NCBI GenBank assembly: GCA_965204735.1
Contig: OZ242008.1
Coordinates: 3,040,001-3,104,000, forward strand
Origin: Longimicrobiales bacterium
GTDB lineage: Bacteria; Gemmatimonadota; Gemmatimonadetes; Longimicrobiales; Gaopeijiaceae
Direction: 5' to 3'
Length of the DNA stretch: 64,000 nt
Part shown: one piece after another, positions 19,263 through 29,005 of the stretch
Numbering within the stretch: the first letter of the stretch is position 1
Layout of the letters: every line of letters begins with the position of its first letter
Made by a program: the position numbers and the translations under genes
Notes under the pieces: generated by a model
The model's database searches: none
Told to the model about the DNA's origin: nothing
What the model saw: only the letters and a program-made list of their open reading frames with translations

Positions 19263-19364
19263 GGCCAGGGGGTCCGGTCCGGCGAGGTCAGGGCCGTCCG
19301 GTTCCGCCAAGCCCGGGGCCGTCCGGTTCCGGCGAGGCCAGGGCCGTCCGGTCCCGCCAAGGGG
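19263..19364. repeat. Imperfect intergenic tandem repeat (~24-25 nt x4, alternating variants)
   Basis: Units like GGGCCGTCCGGTTCCGGCGAGG / GGGCCGTCCGGTTCCGCCAAG between divergent genes. Confidence 0.7.
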
Positions 19365-19429
19365 TCGGTTCAGGGAACTTGCGCCCTTTGGGCCGCTTGG
19401 CCGCGGATTCGTCAACGAGAGAAGGAGCC

Positions 19430-20920
19430 ATGGCAACGCACACGACCAAGAAAACCCGCGGAGCAGCTTCGGCTGCGGTCCTCTCCGTCCTGCCGACCGT
19501 CCTGGCGGCCGGGCTCGCCGGCATCGGCGCGTCCGCCTCGGCCTCCGTCCCCACGTCCGCTTCTGCTCAGCGGCCCGTCCCCGGCTCCCAGGCCGCGTCC
19601 TACGTGGCCGTGAACGCCGAGACCGTGGCGCTGCGGGGCGTCACCGTGCTGGACGGCACGGGCGGGCCGGCGCTGCGCAACCGGACGGTCGTGATCACGG
19701 GGAACCGGATCGCCGCCGTCGGAGACGCCGAGCAGATCGACGTCCCGGAGGGCGCGGAGGTGCTGGAGCTGCCCGGCCACACGCTCGTTCCGGGGATGGT
19801 GGGGCTGCACAACCACCTGTACTACACGGCCGCCGGGGGCCGGGCCGCCCAGCTCACCTACAGCGCGCCGAGGCTCTACCTGGGAAGCGGGGTGACGACG
19901 GTGCGCACGACGGGCAGCCGCCAGCCCTTCGCCGAGATCAACCTGCGGGAGGAGATCGAGAAGGGGAACGTGCCGGGTCCGCGCATCCACATCACCGCGC
20001 CCTACATCACGGCCGGGGGCGGCGTGTCCACCATGACGATGCTGGAGTCGCCCGAGCAGGCCCGGCGCTTCGTCCGCTACTGGGCCGCCGAAGGCGCCAC
20101 GTGGCTGAAGGCGTACACCAACATCCGCTCCGACGAGCTGGGCGCCGCAATAGACGAAGCGCACCAGCAGGGGATCAAGGTGACGGGCCACTTGTGCTCG
20201 ATCAGCTTCACCGAGGCCGTAGCTCTGGGAATCGACAACATCGAGCACGGCCTGCCCACCAACAGCGACTACTCGCCGGACCGCGCGAAGGACGAGTGCC
20301 CGTCGGGACTGCTGGCGTCCGCAACCCAGGTGGACATTGCGAGTCCCGAAGTCGCCGAGACGTTCGGAGCGATGATCGAGGCCGGCGTGCCGATGACATC
20401 CACGCTGGCCGTGTACGAGCTCTTCTTCCAGGGTCGGCCCGTGCAGGACCAGCGCACCTTGGACGCCATGGCGCCCGCCGTCCGCGAGGACTACCTGGCC
20501 AGCAAGGCCCAGATCGACGAGACCGGCTACCCGGTCGAGTGGCTGAAGAACGCCATGGCCTACGAGAAAGCCTTCCACGACGCCGGCGGCGTCCTGGCGG
20601 CCGGCGTGGACCCCACAGGCAACGGCGGCGCGCTGCCCGGCTACGGCGACCAGCGCAACTACGAGCTGCTGATCGAGGCCGGCTTCTCGCCTGCCGACGC
20701 CGTGAAGGTCCTCAGCGCGAACGGCGCCCGCGTGCTGGACGTCTTCGACGACTTGGGCACGGTCGAGGTCGGCAAGATCGCCGACCTGGTCGTCCTGAGC
20801 GGCGACCTGACCGCCGCCCCGTCGGTCGTCCGCAACGTCGTGCTGGTCTTCAAGGACGGCGTGGGCTACGACTCGCCCAAGATGCTGGAGGACGTGCGGG
20901 GAAGGGTGGGGATCAGCTGA
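19430..20920 (+). CDS. Secreted amidohydrolase (imidazolonepropionase-like)
   Basis: AAGGAG RBS; PGMVGLHNH, GVTTVRT, KVTGH, IEHG, AGVD, GKIADLVVL. Confidence 0.92.
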   Translation: MATHTTKKTRGAASAAVLSVLPTVLAAGLAGIGASASASVPTSASAQRPVPGSQAASYVAVNAETVALRGVTVLDGTGGPALRNRTVVITGNRIAAVGDAEQIDVPEGAEVLELPGHTLVPGMVGLHNHLYYTAAGGRAAQLTYSAPRLYLGSGVTTVRTTGSRQPFAEINLREEIEKGNVPGPRIHITAPYITAGGGVSTMTMLESPEQARRFVRYWAAEGATWLKAYTNIRSDELGAAIDEAHQQGIKVTGHLCSISFTEAVALGIDNIEHGLPTNSDYSPDRAKDECPSGLLASATQVDIASPEVAETFGAMIEAGVPMTSTLAVYELFFQGRPVQDQRTLDAMAPAVREDYLASKAQIDETGYPVEWLKNAMAYEKAFHDAGGVLAAGVDPTGNGGALPGYGDQRNYELLIEAGFSPADAVKVLSANGARVLDVFDDLGTVEVGKIADLVVLSGDLTAAPSVVRNVVLVFKDGVGYDSPKMLEDVRGRVGIS

Positions 20921-20996
20921 CTGCCGCGGAGCGCGGCAACTGCTTCGGACCGATCGGCCGCCGCCGTGTGGGAGCGCGAGCCCTCAGCCCGAGCCC

Positions 20997-22337
20997 TCAG
21001 CCGCTGATGTTCTCGTTGCCCTTGACCTCGATCTCGGGGAGCTGGAAGCAGGTGAGGTTGCCGTACTCGGCGCCCGTCTGGTCGCGGCCGTCGGGGTGGA
21101 TCGAGCCGGGGTCGCCCAGGAAGGGGATGTCGAAGCGCAGCATGTCGTGCAGGCGGTGGCCGCCCAGCACGAAGAGCTGGCGACGCCGCTCCTCCTTCAC
21201 CAACTCCATGATCCCGTCGGCGGGGACCGCCGCGGCGTCCACCTCCGGCAACATGGCGTCCGTCCGGAGCACGTTGATCTTGGCCACCGCACCCGCCACG
21301 TCACCCTTCATCGCCAGCGCCTCCGCCTCGTAGATGCGGGCTTCGTGCCAGTGGACCAGCGGCAGCGGGTCGGCGCGAGAGTTGTACTTGTCGTGGTACC
21401 AGAGGATCGTGGCGAAGTCGGCCGCCTGGGTGTTGTCGGTCTTGACGTTGACCCGGACGTCCTTCGTCTCGCCGCCCTCGGTCGGCATCCCGCCGTCGCC
21501 GATCGACAGGTCCTGGTAGTCGTCGGCCACCGAGCCGTGGGCGCGGAAGCCGTCGGGGGCGTTCAGGCGCTCGTAGTAGTAGTTGTAGCGTCGAGCCTCG
21601 GCCGCGTCGCGGGTCACCATCACCACGAAGTCGTCGGGAATCGCGCTGGCGTCGGCCAGGACGCCGTCCCAGTTGCCCATCGCCAAGCGCACCCGGGCCC
21701 GGCCCAGCTTGGCCTGCATCGCCAGGTTCATGTCCCCGGCCGCCTCGGCCAGGGAGATCGCCTGGGTGAAGCGGCTCTCGGCCTCGGTCCGGACCTGGGC
21801 CGGCGTCAGCTCGGAACCGCCGTCGATGGCCATGGAGCAGAACCCTTCGCCCATCGCCACGAGCGGGAAGGCGCCCCACACTGCGACGGTCGCCTGCAAC
21901 TGCCCCAAGGCGGCCACGTCTTCCGCCGAGAACTCCGAGAGTCTCGCCATCACGTCCTGCGACTGGAAGCGGGCGGTGTGGAGGGGCGTGAACATGGGGT
22001 ATCCCCATCCGCCGCAGGTCCCCTTCGAGTAGCCCGCGTCGCTGGCGTATATCTTGCGCTGCCCCCAGTTCCTCATAGTGAGGTTCCCGGAGGTGGGCAC
22101 GTACTCGTCGGAGTGGTGCGCGGCGCCGGCCACGTACTGGTTCCAGCTGCACTCCACCTCGGCCACGACGCCCGTGGCGAGCACCTCCGCCAAGGCCGGG
22201 CGCGACAGGTCCTCTTCCAGCACCTTGCCGGGCACGTGGACCGACAGGATCTCGTCCAGGCTGCACGCGGAGACGAGAGGCGCCGCCGCCAAGCAAGCGA
22301 CCGCCGCCGACCTTTTGATTCTCGATTGCGTAGTCAT
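20997..22337 (-). CDS. RagB/SusD family outer-membrane lipoprotein
   Basis: Lipobox VSAC; HHSDEY, GEGFC, GRARVRL, AEALA..INVLR, ERRRQLFVLGGHRLHDMLR, CFQLPEIE. Confidence 0.88.
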   Translation of the reverse strand: MTTQSRIKRSAAVACLAAAPLVSACSLDEILSVHVPGKVLEEDLSRPALAEVLATGVVAEVECSWNQYVAGAAHHSDEYVPTSGNLTMRNWGQRKIYASDAGYSKGTCGGWGYPMFTPLHTARFQSQDVMARLSEFSAEDVAALGQLQATVAVWGAFPLVAMGEGFCSMAIDGGSELTPAQVRTEAESRFTQAISLAEAAGDMNLAMQAKLGRARVRLAMGNWDGVLADASAIPDDFVVMVTRDAAEARRYNYYYERLNAPDGFRAHGSVADDYQDLSIGDGGMPTEGGETKDVRVNVKTDNTQAADFATILWYHDKYNSRADPLPLVHWHEARIYEAEALAMKGDVAGAVAKINVLRTDAMLPEVDAAAVPADGIMELVKEERRRQLFVLGGHRLHDMLRFDIPFLGDPGSIHPDGRDQTGAEYGNLTCFQLPEIEVKGNENISG

Positions 22338-22357
22338 CCTTGCGTCTCCTCGTCTCG

Positions 22358-25300
22358 CTAGAAGGTGAACCGGAACGTGGTCAGGAACCGGGTGAGCTGG
22401 GGCCAGCCCTCCTGCAGGTAGCCGTTGAGCCCGAACTGTCCCGTGCCCTGGTGGTTGCGCTCGATGTCCATGATCGGGTGTCCGAAGGAGTGCTTGGCCT
22501 TCTGCCAGATCGTCCACACGTTCTCCACCGAGGACGTCACCATGATCCGGCTCGCCCGCATCCGGGCCGCCAGCGAAGAAGGCAGCGTGTACGACGCCGA
22601 CACGGTGCGCAGCTTCAGGAAGTCCCCCGGCACGACGCCGGACTGGGCCAGGCCGTTGGAGCCCAGCGCCTCGTACCCCAGCAGGATCGGGTCCGTCCGC
22701 TCCAGGATGGCCCTCGAGTTGAGGAAGAAGCGGTGCTGGGCGCTCACGTCCCCCAGGCTCATGTGGTGGCCGCCCATGTAGTCCACCAAGGCGTAGAGGG
22801 AGAGGTCTCCGATCCTCATGTCGGCGTAGAAGCCGGCCTCGCGGGTCGGGATCGGCTGTCCCCAGTACACTTCCGGCGCGTCCGCGCAGGGCACCGGAGC
22901 GCCGCCGCCCCACGAGAAGTTGGAGTTGGGTTCCGTGACGCCGCCTTCGCACATCAAGTTGACGGCCACGTTGCGGCCGCTGCTGCCGTCCAGATCGGCG
23001 CTCAGGACGCGCCGGTAGAACATCGACCCCAGGGGGAAGCCCTCCACGTGATACTGGCGGTTGAGGCTCGACGAGCTCTGGGTGATGCTCGCTTCGCCGC
23101 CCAGGGACGTGACCTCGTTCGAGAGGGTGGAGAAGGTGGCGCCCAGGCCGACGCTCATCCTGTCGGACTGGTAGACGGTCCCGTTGATCCCCAGCTCGAT
23201 CCCCCGGTTGACGACTTGCCCGATGTTGCGGAGCTGGACGCCGGGGAAGCCGATCGAAGGGATCACGGGCACTCGCACCAGCGCGTCGTTGGTGGTCTGG
23301 TCGAACCAAGTGAACTCCAAGGCGACCTGATCGTCGAGCAGGCCCATGTCGAAGCCGATCTCGGTCTCGCTGCCGACCTCGGGCTTGAGCTGGGGGTTGC
23401 CGATGTTCTCCGGCGTCAGCACCGAAGCCGCCTCGGGACCCACCGTGGGCTCGTAGGTCCGAATGGCGTCGAAGACGTCCGGCTGCTTGCCCGCCTTCCC
23501 CCAGGCGAAGCGCAGCTTCAGCGTGTTGACGAAGTCCATCGAGTTCCGGAAGAAGTCTTCGTCGCTGATCACGTAGGACGCCGAGAACTTGGGGTAGACG
23601 ACGAAGTCGAAGTCCTTCCCGAAGGCGCTGTTGTCGTCGCCCCGGACGGCGCCCGTGAGGAAGAGCTTGTCGTCCCAGCCGACCTGCTGCTGCACGAAGG
23701 CGCCGAAGGTCTTGTTCTCCAGGAAGTCCTCGTCCGCCTGCTTCTCCGAGCCGGAGGTGACCGTCTCCAACGCCTCGACGGGGAAGCGCTCGCCGTGGGC
23801 CCGGGTCGACTCCTCGCGACGCGAGTAGTACTGAACGCCGCCGGAGGTGGTCAGGTCCATTCCGGCGAAGGGGTTCCACGTCGCGTTGGCCTGGTAGTCC
23901 AGCGAGTAGTAGGCGGTGCCCAGGCTGATGATCGTCTTGCGGCCCCAGGGGGTGAACTGGCCGATGTTGCCCGTCGCCCGGTACAGCTCGGAGTTGCTGA
24001 CTTCGGAGAAGTCGCCGCCGGTGATGACCCGGTGGTTGAGCCAATCGAAGGGCGCATGGTTGAACTCCAGGGAGAACGTGGTGCGGTCCACGTTCTGGAA
24101 GCCTTCGATCTCGTTCTCGTAGGCCTCGGGCAAGTAGGCGATGTAGCCCCGGTACGGCCCGTCCAGGCGGCTGGGCGCGTTGGTGTCGCCAGCCTCGCAA
24201 CCGGGGGACGGACACGCCCAGATGATCGCCGTCGGCAACGGCTGCTGGGCCGACGCGGACTGGGCTCGGCTGCGAATCGCCCCTAGCCCGAACTTGGCCT
24301 GGATCGTCTCGTTCGGCGTGTAGGTGACGTTGGCGCGTCCGCTCATCCGGTTCCGCCAGTTGTACACGACAGGGCCCTCGTCCCTGTCCCAGTCCGCGGA
24401 GACGAAGTAGGCGATCTGCTGGCTGCCGCCGTTCACGTCGGCCCCGTAGGACTGGGAGTGGCCTCTTCTGAACCATTCGTTGCCGTAGATGTCCCGGTCG
24501 ATCTCGAGGATGTTGACCGGGGTGACCTCGCCCGGCGTGCACTTCAGCCGGGGGTCCACGTCCACGTCGGCGGAGACGCCGTTGCACATGTACCAGGCCT
24601 CGGGGAAGAGGTTGTACACGTCCGGGTAGAAGTTGGCGCCCTGCTTGATGGTGACGTTGATCCTCGGCGACCCGATGCGCCCCTTCTTGGTGATGATGTT
24701 GATCACGCCGTTGGACGCTTCCGTGCCGTAGAGGGTCGCCGCGGCCGGTCCCTTGATGATCTGGATGTCCTCGATCTCGTCGGGGTTGAAGTCCGAAATG
24801 CGGCTCGGTTGGCTGCTGCCTCGGAAGCCGGTGGAGCCGAAGGCCGAGTTGGCTTCTTGGCCGTTGACCCGCACGCCGTCCACGTACAGGAGCGGCTCCG
24901 CGCCCAGGGAGAGGCTTGCGACGCCCCGGATGCGGGTGGTGCCGCCCGTGCCGATCTCGCCGCTGCTGAGGGAGACGCGCACGCCGGGGACCGTGGCGCT
25001 GATCATCCGCTGCACGTCCATGGCGGGCGCCAGCTCCTCCAGCTTGGCCACGTCCACTTGGCCAAGGGAGTTGCCGATCGCCCGGGCCTGCTGCTCGCCG
25101 GCGACGCCCGTCACCACGATCTCGTCCAGGGAGATCGCCGTCTCCGTGAGCTCGACGGTGACGGCCTCGCCCGCCGTGGCAGCGGCCGTGGCTTCGCGGT
25201 AGCCGATCATCACCACCCGAAGCGTGACCGTCGCCGACGGCGCGTTCAGGATGAGGAAGCGGCCCCGGTTGTCGGTGAGGGCGCCCTGCTCCGTGCCCTC

Positions 25301-25522
25301 GATCACGACCTGGGCGCCGGAGAGGGGCTGCTGGGTGGCGCCGTCCACCACGGTTCCCGTGACCGGGTTCTGGGCCGAGATCGACGCAGGGAGCGTTGCC
25401 GCCGCTCCTGCCGCCACCGCCGCGAGAAGCGCCCGTCGGGCTCGGAAGCGGGCGACCCGCCTCGGTGCAGCGACATCGCCCCTTGGGTGCTGGGCGACTT
25501 CGGAAGCTGGCGTGCGTCTCAT
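22358..25522 (-). CDS. SusC/RagA family TonB-dependent outer-membrane transporter
   Basis: CarboxypepD_reg-like N-terminus, LDEIVVTG, IRGVASL..EPLLYVDGV, IKGPAAATLYGTEASNGVINIITKKG, GNPQLKPE, terminal Phe. Confidence 0.95.
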   Translation of the reverse strand: MRRTPASEVAQHPRGDVAAPRRVARFRARRALLAAVAAGAAATLPASISAQNPVTGTVVDGATQQPLSGAQVVIEGTEQGALTDNRGRFLILNAPSATVTLRVVMIGYREATAAATAGEAVTVELTETAISLDEIVVTGVAGEQQARAIGNSLGQVDVAKLEELAPAMDVQRMISATVPGVRVSLSSGEIGTGGTTRIRGVASLSLGAEPLLYVDGVRVNGQEANSAFGSTGFRGSSQPSRISDFNPDEIEDIQIIKGPAAATLYGTEASNGVINIITKKGRIGSPRINVTIKQGANFYPDVYNLFPEAWYMCNGVSADVDVDPRLKCTPGEVTPVNILEIDRDIYGNEWFRRGHSQSYGADVNGGSQQIAYFVSADWDRDEGPVVYNWRNRMSGRANVTYTPNETIQAKFGLGAIRSRAQSASAQQPLPTAIIWACPSPGCEAGDTNAPSRLDGPYRGYIAYLPEAYENEIEGFQNVDRTTFSLEFNHAPFDWLNHRVITGGDFSEVSNSELYRATGNIGQFTPWGRKTIISLGTAYYSLDYQANATWNPFAGMDLTTSGGVQYYSRREESTRAHGERFPVEALETVTSGSEKQADEDFLENKTFGAFVQQQVGWDDKLFLTGAVRGDDNSAFGKDFDFVVYPKFSASYVISDEDFFRNSMDFVNTLKLRFAWGKAGKQPDVFDAIRTYEPTVGPEAASVLTPENIGNPQLKPEVGSETEIGFDMGLLDDQVALEFTWFDQTTNDALVRVPVIPSIGFPGVQLRNIGQVVNRGIELGINGTVYQSDRMSVGLGATFSTLSNEVTSLGGEASITQSSSSLNRQYHVEGFPLGSMFYRRVLSADLDGSSGRNVAVNLMCEGGVTEPNSNFSWGGGAPVPCADAPEVYWGQPIPTREAGFYADMRIGDLSLYALVDYMGGHHMSLGDVSAQHRFFLNSRAILERTDPILLGYEALGSNGLAQSGVVPGDFLKLRTVSASYTLPSSLAARMRASRIMVTSSVENVWTIWQKAKHSFGHPIMDIERNHQGTGQFGLNGYLQEGWPQLTRFLTTFRFTF

Positions 25523-25755
25523 TGCGATCGATCTCCTGTCTGGGAAGTGGCGGGAACGATCCGTCCTGCCAGGACGGCCGCAACATTAGTAGGCGACACG
25601 AGCGGGGTGCGCAAGCAGGACGGTCTGCGACAAAGCAAGTCGGCATGCCGACGGCCGAAGCGCACTGCGACTGGACGGCCTTTGGGCGACGGCGTGAAGC
25701 GAGTAGGGGAAACGTCGTTTTTGGAGGCGGTCGTTTGGGAGGCGGAGTCCGTCGC

Positions 25756-26124
25756 CTACCCGCCCTTGGCAGCCATGAATCGACGGTTCATCTCGGCCTT
25801 GATCTCCTGACGCTCCGCCTTCGCCTCCGCCCTGATCTCGTTGCGGTCCTCCCTCGCCGCCCTCTCGATCCGCCAGCGATCCTCTCTCGCCGCCCTCTCG
25901 ATCCGCTGGCGCTCCTCCCGCGCCTCTCTCGCGATCCGCCAGCGGTCTTCCCTCGCCGCCCTCTCGATCCGCCGGCGGTCCTCCTTCGCCTCTTCGAACC
26001 CACGGCTCACGATCTTGGCGAGAGCGGCCAACCCCTTCTCAATGAAAGCCCTCAGCCTCCAGGCTGCCCCTGCGACGGCAACCACGCCCATCAAGACGAA
26101 AGTGAACTCGCGCGTCCATTCCAT
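25756..26124 (-). CDS. Small membrane-anchored coiled-coil protein with 11-aa repeats
   Basis: N-terminal TM segment, then ~6 copies of (A)REDRxRIE(R)A encoded by a 33-nt tandem repeat; AAGGAGG RBS. Confidence 0.7.
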   Translation of the reverse strand: MEWTREFTFVLMGVVAVAGAAWRLRAFIEKGLAALAKIVSRGFEEAKEDRRRIERAAREDRWRIAREAREERQRIERAAREDRWRIERAAREDRNEIRAEAKAERQEIKAEMNRRFMAAKGG

Positions 26125-26310
26125 CGGTCGATCCTCCTTGTCGGCGACTTGGGCTGGACGCTAACCACCCGTGGACCCAGAGAGAAGGGTCGCGGGCTCC
26201 CGGCGGAGGGACCTCGGCGGGAGGCTCCCGGCCGCCTTTCGCCCAGCCGGAACGGCCGTAGGTTCGGAGTGAGCCCACGAAGATCGAGACCCGCATCCCG
26301 GAGGTCCCAC

Positions 26311-28986
26311 GTGAACCGTCGCGCCTTCCGCACCCCCGTCGCCCGCGCGGCGATCGACCAGGCGGCCGGCCGCGCCGTCTGGTCGATCGCAGCCGTCGCT
26401 CTCGCCGCTGCACTCGTCCACGCGCCGCGAGCGGCATCGCAGGAGGTCCAGGCCCAGTCCCGGGCGCAGCCCCAGGCCGCCGCCCAGCCGGCCAACTACG
26501 AACTCGCCGCCCGCTTCGCCCCCTACAAGATCCGGGAGATGGTGGGCTCCACCCGCGTCCAGCCCCGCTGGATCGAGGACACCGACCGGTTCTGGTACGA
26601 ATGGGAGACTTCCGAAGGGAAGCGCTTCTTCCTCGTCGACCCGGCCCGAGGCGCCAAGACGGAGATCTTCGACAACGACCGGATCGCGGCCGAGCTGACG
26701 CGAATCACCAGAGACCCGTGGGACGGCAAGCACCTGCCCATCCGAGCCATTCGCTTCGTCGACGACAACGTTCTCCACTTCGACGTGACCTCTTCGCAGG
26801 ACGAAGAAGTCGACGAGGACGACGAGATGAACGAAGAGGACCAGGAAGAGGACCAGGACGAAGAGCGCGGGAACCGAAGCCGGCCCCGCACCCGCAAGAA
26901 GGTGCACCACTTCGAGTACGACGTGACCGCGCGCGCGCTCCGGGAGCTGGAGGACTACGAAGCGCCCGACAACCACCCCGGCTGGGCCGGCGTCTCGCCC
27001 GACACGGCGTGGGTCGTCTTCAGCCGCGAGTTCAACTTGTGGATGATGAGCTACGAGGAGTACGAGAATATCCTCGAAGCCCGCCGAGGCAAGTCCGGCG
27101 ACGAGGCCGACGAGGCGGAAGAGGAAGTCGAGGTGGAGGAAGTGCAGCTGACGACCGACGGCATCAAGGACTTCGCCTACGGCTTCCAGGGTCGGGGCGA
27201 CAACGACGAGGAGACCGAGAAGGAGTTCGAGAAGCGGCAGAGGGCAGGCGCGACGTGGTCCCACGATTCCCGCTACTTCGCCCTGACTCGTCAGGACCGG
27301 CGGGAGGTCGCCGAGCTCTGGGTCGTGCACGCGGTGGGCGCCAAGCGTCCCCAGCTCGAGTCGTACAAGTACGACATGCCGGGCGAAGAGGACGTGACTC
27401 AGACCACTCTCTGGGTCTACGACGTGGAGTCGAGGGAGATCGCGCAGATCGACGACGAGCCGTGGAAGGACCAGCGCATGGGGATCTTCAACGACCCCGC
27501 AAGCGGCGGTCGGTTCTTCTTCTTCGGTCGGAGCGGCGGCGGCGGTTCCGACGAGCCTCGGATCACGAAGTGGCTGTCGGACCGATCCGACGAGCTGTAC
27601 TTCTGGCGGCGCAGCCGAGATCAGCACCGGGTGGACGTGCTGCGAGCCGACCCGGCGACCGGCGACGTGGAGGTCGTCGTCGAGGAGCGGCTGAACACGT
27701 ACGTCGAGCACCAGTCCCCCCGTCGGCTGGCGGGAGGCGACCTGATCTGGTGGTCGGAGCGCGACGGCTGGGCGCACCTCTACCGCTACGCGCCCGACGG
27801 AAGCGTGCGCGCCAGGCTCACCGAAGGACCGTGGCACGTGGACGCGGTCTTGGGGGTCGACGAGGAACGGGGGCACGTCCTCTTCCGGGCCAACGGCCGG
27901 GAGGCGGGAGAAGACCCCTACTACATGCACGCCTACAGGGTGGGGCTGGACGGCAGCGGGCTCGCCCTGCTGAACCCGGGCGACTTCGACCATCAAGTCG
28001 TCGCGTCCGAGTCGGCGCGCTACTTCGTGGACAACTACTCGCGGGTGAACACGACGCCGGCGTCGGCGCTCTTCGACGCGACCGGACGCAGGATCATGGA
28101 CCTGGAGGTGGCCGACCTGTCGCGGCTCGAGGCGGCCGGGTACGTCTTTCCCGAGCCCTACGCGGTCAAGGCCGACGACGGCGTGACCGACCTGTACGGA
28201 GTGGTCTACAAGCCTTACGACTTCGATCCCTCGCGGAAGTACCCCATCGTCGCGTACGTCTACCCCGGGCCCCAGACCGAGTCGGTCTCCAAGTCGTTTT
28301 CGCTAAACCCCTACGAGCAGGGCTTGGCCCAGTTCGGATTCGTCGTGGTGACGGTGGGCAACCGGGGCGGCCACCCGGACCGCTCCAAGTGGTACCACAA
28401 CTACGGCTACGGCAACCTTCGGGACTACGGTCTGGCGGACAAGAAGGCGGCGATCGAGCAGCTGGCGGACCGCCACGACTTCGTCGACATCGGTCGGGTG
28501 GGGATCTACGGCCACTCGGGAGGCGGCTTCATGTCCACGGCGGCGATGCTCGTCTACCCCGACTTCTTCAAGGTCGCCGTCTCGTCGTCGGGGAACCACG
28601 ACAACGACGTGTACAACCTCAACTGGTCCGAGAAGCACGACGGGGTCAAGGAAGTGAAGGACTCGACGGGCGCGGTGACCGGCTTCGAGTACGACATCGA
28701 CAAGAACTCGGAGCTGGCCGCGAACCTCAAGGGCCGGCTGCTGCTGACGACGGGCGACGTGGACAGCAACGTTCACCACGCCGGCACCTTTCGCATGGCC
28801 GAGGCGCTGATCCGAGCCAACAAGCGCTTCGACTTCTTCGTCTTTCCAGGCCAGCGCCACGGGTACGGCGCCATGAGCGACTACTGGTTCTGGCTGCGCG
28901 CCGAGTACTTCGTGAAGCACCTGCTGGGCGACGACACGTGGAGCGCCGACGTTCTGGAGCTGCAGGTGGAACGGCCGAAGGGCTGA
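26311..28986 (+). CDS. Dipeptidyl peptidase IV-like S9 peptidase (DPP IV N-terminal domain)
   Basis: Signal peptide; WWSERDGWAHLY, YVYPGPQ, GIYGHSGGGF, SSSGNHD, GDVDSNVH, PGQRHG. Confidence 0.95.
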   Translation: MNRRAFRTPVARAAIDQAAGRAVWSIAAVALAAALVHAPRAASQEVQAQSRAQPQAAAQPANYELAARFAPYKIREMVGSTRVQPRWIEDTDRFWYEWETSEGKRFFLVDPARGAKTEIFDNDRIAAELTRITRDPWDGKHLPIRAIRFVDDNVLHFDVTSSQDEEVDEDDEMNEEDQEEDQDEERGNRSRPRTRKKVHHFEYDVTARALRELEDYEAPDNHPGWAGVSPDTAWVVFSREFNLWMMSYEEYENILEARRGKSGDEADEAEEEVEVEEVQLTTDGIKDFAYGFQGRGDNDEETEKEFEKRQRAGATWSHDSRYFALTRQDRREVAELWVVHAVGAKRPQLESYKYDMPGEEDVTQTTLWVYDVESREIAQIDDEPWKDQRMGIFNDPASGGRFFFFGRSGGGGSDEPRITKWLSDRSDELYFWRRSRDQHRVDVLRADPATGDVEVVVEERLNTYVEHQSPRRLAGGDLIWWSERDGWAHLYRYAPDGSVRARLTEGPWHVDAVLGVDEERGHVLFRANGREAGEDPYYMHAYRVGLDGSGLALLNPGDFDHQVVASESARYFVDNYSRVNTTPASALFDATGRRIMDLEVADLSRLEAAGYVFPEPYAVKADDGVTDLYGVVYKPYDFDPSRKYPIVAYVYPGPQTESVSKSFSLNPYEQGLAQFGFVVVTVGNRGGHPDRSKWYHNYGYGNLRDYGLADKKAAIEQLADRHDFVDIGRVGIYGHSGGGFMSTAAMLVYPDFFKVAVSSSGNHDNDVYNLNWSEKHDGVKEVKDSTGAVTGFEYDIDKNSELAANLKGRLLLTTGDVDSNVHHAGTFRMAEALIRANKRFDFFVFPGQRHGYGAMSDYWFWLRAEYFVKHLLGDDTWSADVLELQVERPKG

Positions 28987-29005
28987 GGATCAGGAGGAAG
29001 CCGGC

